A DNA stretch of 63,767 bases, counting the filler, from Collodictyon triciliatum (taxonomy: Eukaryota): assembly GCA_043381765.1 (NCBI GenBank). It is 5 parts of 5 records of this genome, joined end to end, with 100 filler letters (N's around TTAATTAATTAA, not from the genome) between each part and the next. Parts side by side here need not be neighbours in the genome. Positions count along the whole stretch, not along the records: positions 40,244 to 60,873 come from JBHJMP010001223.1; positions 60,974 to 62,587 come from JBHJMP010001367.1; positions 62,688 to 63,767 come from JBHJMP010001396.1; 2 more parts are not named here. One strand, given 5' to 3'. The notes under the pieces are model-generated. The model was not told the DNA's origin, did not search any database, and saw only the letters and a program-made list of their open reading frames with translations. Position numbers and translations under genes: made by a program. Positions 56,070 through 63,767 of this stretch are shown piece by piece. How positions within the stretch are numbered: position 1 is the stretch's first letter; each line of letters starts with the position of its first letter.

Positions 56070-56947
56070 TAAAATACAAGAAGATAAAACACAGGAAGAT
56101 AAAACACAGGAAGATAAAACACAGGAAGATAAAACACAGGAAGATAAAACACAGGAAGATAAAACACAGGAAGATAAAACACAGGAAGATAAAACACAGG
56201 AAGATAAAACACAGGAAGATAAAACACAGAAGATAAAAGATAAAACATAAAAGATAAAACATAAAANNNNNNNNNNNNNNNNNNNNNNNNNNNNNNNNNN
56301 NNNNNNNNNNNNNNNNNNNNNNNNNNNNNNNNNNNNNNNNNNNNNNNNNNNNNNNNNNNNNNNNNNNNNNNNNNNNNNNNNNNNNNNNNNNNNNNNNNNN
56401 NNNNNNNNNNNNNNNNNNNNNNNNNNNNNNNNNNNNNNNNNNNNNNNNNNNNNNNNNNNNNNNNNNNNNNNNNNNNNNNNNNNNNNNNNNNNNNNNNNNN
56501 NNNNNNNNNNNNNNNNNNNNNNNNNNNNNNNNNNNNNNNNNNNNNNNNNNNNNNNNNNNNNNNNNNNNNNNNNNNNNNNNNNNNNNNNNNNNNNNNNNNN
56601 NNNNNNNNNNNNNNNNNNNNNNNNNNNNNNNNNNNNNNNNNNNNNNNNNNNNNNNNNNNNNNNNNNNNNNNNNNNNNNNNNNNNNNNNNNNNNNNNNNNN
56701 NNNNNNNNNNNNNNNNNNNNNNNNNNNNNNNNNNNNNNNNNNNNNNNNNNNNNNNNNNNNNNNNNNNNNNNNNNNNNNNNNNNNNNNNNNNNNNNNNNNN
56801 NNNNNNNNNNNNNNNTAAACATAAAACATANNNNNNNNNNNNNNNNNNNNNNNNNNNNNNNNNNNNNNNATAAAACATAAAACATAAAACATAAAACATA
56901 AAACATAAAACATAAAACATAAAACATAAAAACATAAAACAAAAACA
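56070..56947. repeat. (AAGATAAAACACAGG)n 15-mer array grading into (TAAAACA)n, interrupted by N gaps
   Basis: Direct tandem repeats flank the gap at 56267-56815. Confidence 0.88.
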
Positions 56948-58196
56948 NNNNNNNNNNNNNNNNNNNNNNNNNNNNNNNNNNNNNNNNNNNNNNNNNNNNN
57001 NNNNNNNNNNNNNNNNNNNNNNNNNNNNNNNNNNNNNNNNNNNNNNNNNNNNNNNNNNNNNNNNNNNAAAATATAAAATAAAGTAATGAGTAGGTCTAAA
57101 GTTACATTATGACTGTGCACAAGACATCGAATAAAGGAAAAAAATGATTGGACACAAGACTATCATAATGCATTTATTGTACGATACTATTTCTATTGAA
57201 TATATTTCTCTCAGCCCAACAAAAACTTAACAATTATGTAAAAACGCCTCCACCACAGACAAACTGAAAGAAATAATTAAAACAATACAACATTTACTTT
57301 TGCATATTATTATGCAAAATTTCATTTAATGGTCTGAAATATCATCTTATTTTGGTAAAGCTAATCTATCGGTTTCTTACATCAAATTAACAATCCAATA
57401 GATCATGGCTATACTGCGCTGTGGAATTCTCTTGTATTTTTATTCATACAAAGGGGACAGATCCTTGTTAGTTATTATTGTAAGACCTTCCACAGATTAA
57501 TTGACTATAACACTGCCATTATTTCACCTGATGTGTGAATGAAGCCAACTTTGAGTTTTAACATTTTGTTTCGAATCAAGGAAGAAAATTTTGATCCTTA
57601 ACATGCAATCATTCGGTTCAAATACTTTTATCTCAAAGCAAACGCAATATTATCGTTACGTAGGGAGTTTTCTTTTTCTCGGTGACCTTATCATCTGTCA
57701 AGATTTCGAGCTTCCAATCGACCGACTTGCTTCCTACTATAATTATAGGAATTTCTTATGTATCGGTCATCATGGAACTCTATGTTATTTATCGGAGACT
57801 TAAACAGCATACTGTAATTTACACATTCAAACAATTCTCTAAAAATGAATTCAAAGGCCACACTTTACTTCCGAATAGTCTGTCTCTAAACCAACGGCAT
57901 ATAATCCTTAATTTCGGGGGTAATTTTTTCCCTAAAAAATAGGTTCGGCATCGAAACCCTTTTTTATCTGGAAACGACTCCCTCATCTCAACAAACCATC
58001 CTGGAAACACGGTCGATTCTCAAATAGTTCTGCTTTCCTTTCAAATCATGCTATTTATATTGGGGAAACATAACACATGGTGTGTCTATTATTCTAGATA
58101 TATTTATACATGCGCGCGACTCACAAAGACCATATCCCAGTTGTCGCACTTGACACCGAGCTACCTAAGCATACAGAAAAATGCAACTGATTCAAG

Positions 58197-60777
58197 ATAC
58201 GTGCCAACAACACTTCAAAAAAAGGCCGAGTGGGCGCAAGGGATGCAGGACCACATTATATCATCACTCGTATCAGAATCTAGAAACAATAACGATTGGA
58301 GATTACTCATCGACCATTCAGTAAGAAATATCATATTACTTTCTCTAACATATATTGCTTTCCGAACCTTAATCGAGGTAAGAAAAAATGCTATATTAAA
58401 ATCGGGATTGTTGCATGTAAATTTGAAGCCGAGCTATGATGTATTTAATATTCTATCGAAATACAAAGGACATCTTCGTATTCAACAGAGAAGGCAGCAA
58501 GAAATCTGTAGTGTGCTTCAAAACCATGGCTGTTTTAGATTCAACCCCTAAGGTTGAAAGCGAGATAATGCTTATATTCCTTTTTTATTTTTATTTTTAT
58601 TTTTTATTCCTTTCGAAGTCGAGTCTCATCAACCTGCAGAAAACGAGTGCGGGTCATGCTTTAAAACGGCTATGAGTGTTTCCTCCCTTCTTTTTAATGC
58701 ATCGGTTGCTCGAACAGTCAATATATATTTCATATGTAAGTATGTATCACACGATGTTTTTTTAAACTACATATCAATATCTAGACAATAAAAAATTTCT
58801 TGCAGTACGACAAACAGTACAAACTCTGGAATCCACTTTTTGACAGCTTTGCACAAGTTGAGGAGATTAGCAGGGATACTGATATTGCATACATAACAAC
58901 ACCCATGTTTGGGCCAATTCTGCCGCGAGATTTCTGTTGCATTCGATTTTCAAGGTGCATATATCTAAACTTAACTGGTGTATACTAACTCTGTTTTAGT
59001 GTGATCATTATTACAAAGACATAAACGCACATGAACGATATCTAATATACATGTTTTTAAACCCAAATTTATAGAGACACCATGGAAAAGGGATATGTCA
59101 TCGGAATGAAGTCTATATTTCATTCTGACAAGCCAGAAACCCAAAAATACATCCGTGGAGACTTAAGTATTCAGGGATACGTGATTAGGCCTCACAAAAC
59201 GAAGGAGAACACATCCATTTTATACCACATAATCATCGCGGACTTGAGGTTTTTCTTCAATTACTTTCAAGAATCTCTCTGAATTCAACCACTCAAGATA
59301 AGCTCTTAAAGGAAGAAAAAAAAAACGCGAAATAGTCCTTATAAAAATATACATTTCATTATATCAGGGGATGGCTACCAAACAGAGTTGTTGACTTACT
59401 TGCTGAGACTCAAGCAAAGATTATGAATAATATACGTACCCGCCTCGCTTGCGAAGAGAAGTTGCTATCATATATTCCTGATCGCTCCAGTGATGCATAT
59501 TTATCTCCCGCCACCAGTCCGTCTCTTTCAAGGTTTACTTCAAAGTCGGATACTCGACTATTGCAAAGGAGCATAAATTACATCAGATCACATCCTTCTT
59601 TTCAAGATAAAATTGACTATTAATCTTCATATAATGCCGTTGTGAAAGCCTCGATCTTGTGTGATTCTAATAATTTAAGTCCTCTATGTTTTCTATATAT
59701 TCTGCAACAATAGGGGTCGAGGTGGGACACGAGGCGTTAGCAAGAATGAGCACGAAACGGATGTTTCTCGTCTGCTCAATGAGGCCACTTCTAATGTAAG
59801 AACCAGCAGCGGAAATAGCCGAAAAGCCACGAGTGCCGATGGAGCAAGTTTATATGGAAATCTCCTTCCTCGCATCCAGACTAGTGACCTCCCAGTTGAT
59901 TCTTTGATGGAGTAACTTTTCGAACCCATCCCATGGTGTATTCATATGAGCCTAGGAAGCTACACAAACAATTATTCATGAAAAATGATTTTTTTTTTCA
60001 TACTATATAATCTGAAATTTGATACGAGCCATCATAAAAAAAAAAAAAGGAACTATGATGAGTTTATCCAAAATTGGAGGAGTTTGTTGGTGACAGCAGT
60101 TGATCTACACTTGGAGGACCGAATTGCAGAGGTAATGTACCCAGCTACCCCGGAGTATAGTCCATCGATCGGAAAGGGAGATGCATTCATTTAATGATTG
60201 CAAAAACCTTATTGTTACACAATTGCATATGTATAAACATGCAATCTTATTATTCCTTAGGCTGCGAGTGTTCTTCAGGCAGTCCTTCGCTCGGTTGAGC
60301 ATCATAGAACTTATGTTCAAGAACACATCGATGAAGGTTTCTCCTTTTCGTACACCGAAATATATAATTTATCATCAAAATTCAAATCAAAAGTAAATCT
60401 TTACATGAATATGATTTAGAATCTTTTAAATATCAGATAGTCGCAGTTATTATACTTTATCATTCTTTATATATTTGAATTTTATTTAGATGAATTTTGG
60501 AAAAAGGATTGTGAATTAGCCAAAATTATTCAAATTCTCGAGAGGAATCCCTACGTCTCTAAAATTCAGAATGACTTGATGGATGCCGAAATTTGGATTA
60601 ATGAGTTACAGAATAGACAAGGTAAGTTTACCAATGAAGTTTGTATTGGACCCCTCCCTTGAGTGTCAAGTAGTAATCCAATATCTCTAGGTTGGCAATC
60701 AGTCTCTCTCCATGAAGATATGCAAATATGGACACGAATAGAAGCCGAGCAAGGGTTTCCATCCTTTTTGTGTGAAG
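58197..60777 (+). CDS. START (StAR-related lipid transfer) domain protein, probably with a second START domain; partial at both ends
   Basis: NDWRLLIDHS-DIFVFNREGSKKSVVCFKTMAVLDSTPK..YKLWNPLFDSFAQVEEISRDTDIAYITTPMFGPILPRDFCCIRFS..KYIRGDLSIQGYVIRP..IIADLRGWLPNRVVD is a START signature. Exon 60690-60777 (GWQSVSLHEDMQIWTR..FPSFLCEG) looks like the start of another START domain. Further small upstream exons are likely between about 57200 and 58010. Confidence 0.8.
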
Positions 60778-60789
60778 GTATAGTTTCTG

Positions 60790-60873
60790 TAAACCTAAAC
60801 AAAAAAACAAAAACAAAAACAAAAACAAAAAAACAAAAACAAAAAAACAAAAACAAAAAAACAAAAAAACAAG
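60790..60873. repeat. (AAAAAC)n-type A-rich microsatellite at the contig end
   Basis: Direct tandem repeat. Confidence 0.8.
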
Positions 60874-60973
60874 NNNNNNNNNNNNNNNNNNNNNNNNNNN
60901 NNNNNNNNNNNNNNNNNTTAATTAATTAANNNNNNNNNNNNNNNNNNNNNNNNNNNNNNNNNNNNNNNNNNNN
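60874..60973. other. Artificial contig-joining spacer
   Basis: N44-TTAATTAATTAA-N44. Confidence 0.95.
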
Positions 60974-61027
<54 letters not shown>

Positions 61028-61076
61028 TTTTTTTTTTTTTTTTTTTTTGTGATTTGATTTATGTCTTCAATCCTAG

Positions 61077-62432
61077 GGGCGCTTGACTCTGATGACACAA
61101 ACCTACCTATTCCACCTGAAATGATAAATGGTCTTGCAATTGGAGAGGTTTGTTCAACATTTCTGCAAAGTTGGCGCTGTTTGAAAGGCCAGTTCATTTT
61201 AATATCTTACGTCCAAAGATGATAATTCTTCACTCTGGGATATGTTTGTGTCATATCCAATGATCCAACCTGGTTCAGTTGAAAGGATTTGGAATATATT
61301 TCCCTCAATCATGGATTTTATCGCAATAGGTCGACTTTATGGAAATTATTTTGACTGAGTTAGAAAAGGTTAATAAATTCTACTTAGAGACTTTGGGTAC
61401 CCTTCATACAAAGTTTGATTCATTAAAGACAAAAGTCACTCAAATAGTAAGATTTCTTTTTTTTTTAAAAAAAAAAATAAGCTCTTGGATTCTTAAACTT
61501 TTTGCAACCCTAAAATCCTGATAGCAAAGAGAAAAAAGTACAATATTTGACTTCGATATATCATCCACTTCATGTACCTAATCGTTCAATATGGCGGCTA
61601 TAGATGTCCCCCTCTAACTTCACTGCTCTCCCGACCAGGGAACAAAGAAAAATCAAGAACAAGGTGAAATCATTTTTCTTTACACTTTATCGAGAAATGG
61701 TAATGCTAAGGTACTAATTATCACTTTTTCCAATGTGAGATATACCTCTACAGTTATTATTTTAAATTAAGGAACAAACTATCGTATACACTTATATTAT
61801 GTTACACTGTTTTATGCGATTAAAAATATTTTATGCCTTTTATTTTATTTATCTTATTTATTTTATTTTAAAAAAGCAACTTTTGTTCGATGAATGCTGA
61901 AGGATTTCGAAAGATAATAAAGAAGTTTGACAAACGATGGTTAGCTTTGCTTTAATGATGCACATACCTCCTATGTATTTTCAAGATCCTTGGAAAATAG
62001 AATCACATATGAATAACTTTTTTTTTTTGATAAGAATCAACTAATACTTGAAATTACAGCCTTCGCGAAGTATCACCAAAATTTTCATTGCATCTATCTT
62101 CTCAGCCTCATTTCACTAAGGAAGAATTACAGAAAATACTGTCTGGGCTAGAGGTCAAAGAAACCTCATGATAAACCAATTAAAAGCAAATAAACATTTA
62201 AAACAATCAATCAATGCACTAAAGGAAGGGGATAAAACGACCTTTCTCATAATATTTCAACTTTATTACTGCTATTTGTAAAAAAAAAAAAAAAAATTGG
62301 TCAGTTTTTTCTAACATTTTCTCTTTTTCTCCTTATTCAGAGTTTGTATGCTTCGATTTTTACAGAATCTAACGTGAAAAAAGCTGCATCAGAACTTCGA
62401 TACTCTCCTCAAGACGTGATCGAGGACGAAAG
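61077..62432 (+). CDS. SPX-domain protein fragment (possibly SPX-EXS/XPR1-like), internal exons only
   Basis: FMEIILTELEKVNKFY (SPX ELxKVNxFY); NFCSMNAEGFRKIIKKFDKR (SPX lysine cluster); SLYASIFTESNVKKAASELR resembles the post-SPX linker. Confidence 0.82.
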
Positions 62433-62587
62433 GGTTATTTCCGTTTTTTAACATTATTTTGATTTGAAAAAATGGCTAAATATATAAAAGCATTTTTTTT
62501 TTTTTTTTTTTTTTTTCAAATTTAAACATATATTAATTTTTTTTTAAATTTTTTTTTGTAGGACATTTTTTTTTGTTGTTATTTTTT

Positions 62588-62687
62588 NNNNNNNNNNNNN
62601 NNNNNNNNNNNNNNNNNNNNNNNNNNNNNNNTTAATTAATTAANNNNNNNNNNNNNNNNNNNNNNNNNNNNNNNNNNNNNNNNNNNN
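62588..62687. other. Artificial contig-joining spacer
   Basis: N44-TTAATTAATTAA-N44. Confidence 0.95.
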
Positions 62688-63767
62688 CATGAAGGGCTCT
62701 CACCTACCACAAAAGCATCTCGACACACTGGAGAGCATATGCGTGCACCTTCATCACAACAAAGAGACAGCAATACAAATTCAAAACACTGAATAGCTCC
62801 CACAGAAGGAGGCGTTGACTCATCACACCCAAAACCGCATGGATATCACTGACCATGAGTGGTGGGCAGACATGTTCATGCAGCCGAATGGTTTGGCAAT
62901 TGGGATGTGGAAACTCATCACCAAACATGTTCAGACTTAAAACACAGTTGCAACAAAGGACAATCCCACGACCACCTCCAAACACACCCGAGCCTTTGCT
63001 CTCGCGTTGGCAGATTCTGTATACTCACTGCGAAATGACAATACCCCTGAACGAGCCATTGGCAGCAGAAAAAATGCTGGGACAACAGAAAGGCTTCTGC
63101 ATCATCAACAGGTTCACGAAGGCAACGCGGCCACCTCAAGAAACTCATTCAAGAAGACGGCTGACATCACAAGCCAGCTCCACGGCATTCCGCACACAAG
63201 ATGCCAGCCAACCACAGCCGTCCTGAAATAACAAAGGGGAAGTGGCGCTCATGTGAGACCATCCATACTGCATCCCGTCGCCATCTTTTTCCGCCCCAAG
63301 AATGAACGCTTTGTCTAACGGTGCGCAGTCTTTACAGTTCTCGATGGCTTTGTCTTACTCCAAATTCTTTCGATACAAAATATCGCCGCCGACACCCTAC
63401 AAAAAGTCAAAACATCAACGGTGGGGAGAAACACTGGGCATCACCCACACCCCGCTCACCGCGAGCTGGAGACAAGCACGAATCCCGTAAGTCCTTCCAA
63501 ACCACCGCTCTCTAATCTTAATATCACAATAGGAGCTATGGATAGGCACACGCGCGGCAAAGCTACAAAGTCTCCCAACAATGCACACTTTGCAGCAACG
63601 GTGATGAATCCATTGAGCACACATTTGTGCAATGTCCCTTCGCTCAAAACCTGCGCGAAACAGCCGGTGAGATTCTTCGACTGACACTCAAGACGGCTGC
63701 GGCTGTTGGCCCAATCCAGGCGATATTTTTGCCTCTGCAACAGCTGCGTCCAGATGCAAAAACATTC
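62688..63767 (+). mobile_element. Decayed non-LTR retrotransposon (L1/Tx1-type) ORF2 3' region
   Basis: Intron-free, GC-richer segment. Frame at 63564-63767 reads YKVSQQCTLCSNGDESIEHTFVQCPFAQ, the CxxC..ESxxHxFxxC zf-RVT motif. An upstream PTEGG remnant (about 62800) resembles the post-RT EGGLG motif. In-frame stops and frameshifts lie between. Confidence 0.75.

Noticed and set aside
55204-56266. CRISPR array or telomeric repeat
   Set aside because: Perfect tandem units without unique spacers, no cas genes, eukaryotic context, and no G-run typical of telomeric repeats.
58197-62432. START-SPX fusion gene
   Set aside because: The two parts are separated by the artificial spacer at 60874-60973, so linkage is unsupported.

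Overview
This is intron-rich, AT-rich eukaryotic (protist-like) genomic DNA in the standard genetic code. It consists of five pieces joined by an artificial 100-bp spacer (44 N + TTAATTAATTAA + 44 N), so adjacency across the spacers is not biological. Manually spliced genes, in order: (1) a 5'-truncated P4-ATPase (flippase)-guanylyl cyclase chimera; (2) cryptochrome DASH; (3) a TPR protein; (4) a large Kelch/CUB/Cys-rich single-pass receptor with a TKL kinase - degenerate class III cyclase - TKL kinase cytoplasmic region; (5) the C-terminal part of ATR; (6) exocyst Sec3/EXOC1; (7) zf-HIT ZNHIT3/Hit1; (8) an intronless 1-acylglycerol-3-phosphate acyltransferase; (9) a two-TM protein with DEG/ENaC motifs but a minimal, cysteine-poor ectodomain; (10) a START-domain protein, probably tandem; (11) an SPX-domain fragment; (12) a decayed L1-type retrotransposon. 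There are also many microsatellites. The most notable items are the minimal DEG/ENaC-like channel, the compact flippase-GC fusion with intact motifs in a non-ciliate-code organism, and the kinase-pseudocyclase-kinase receptor. Exon boundaries were inferred by eye and no searches were run.
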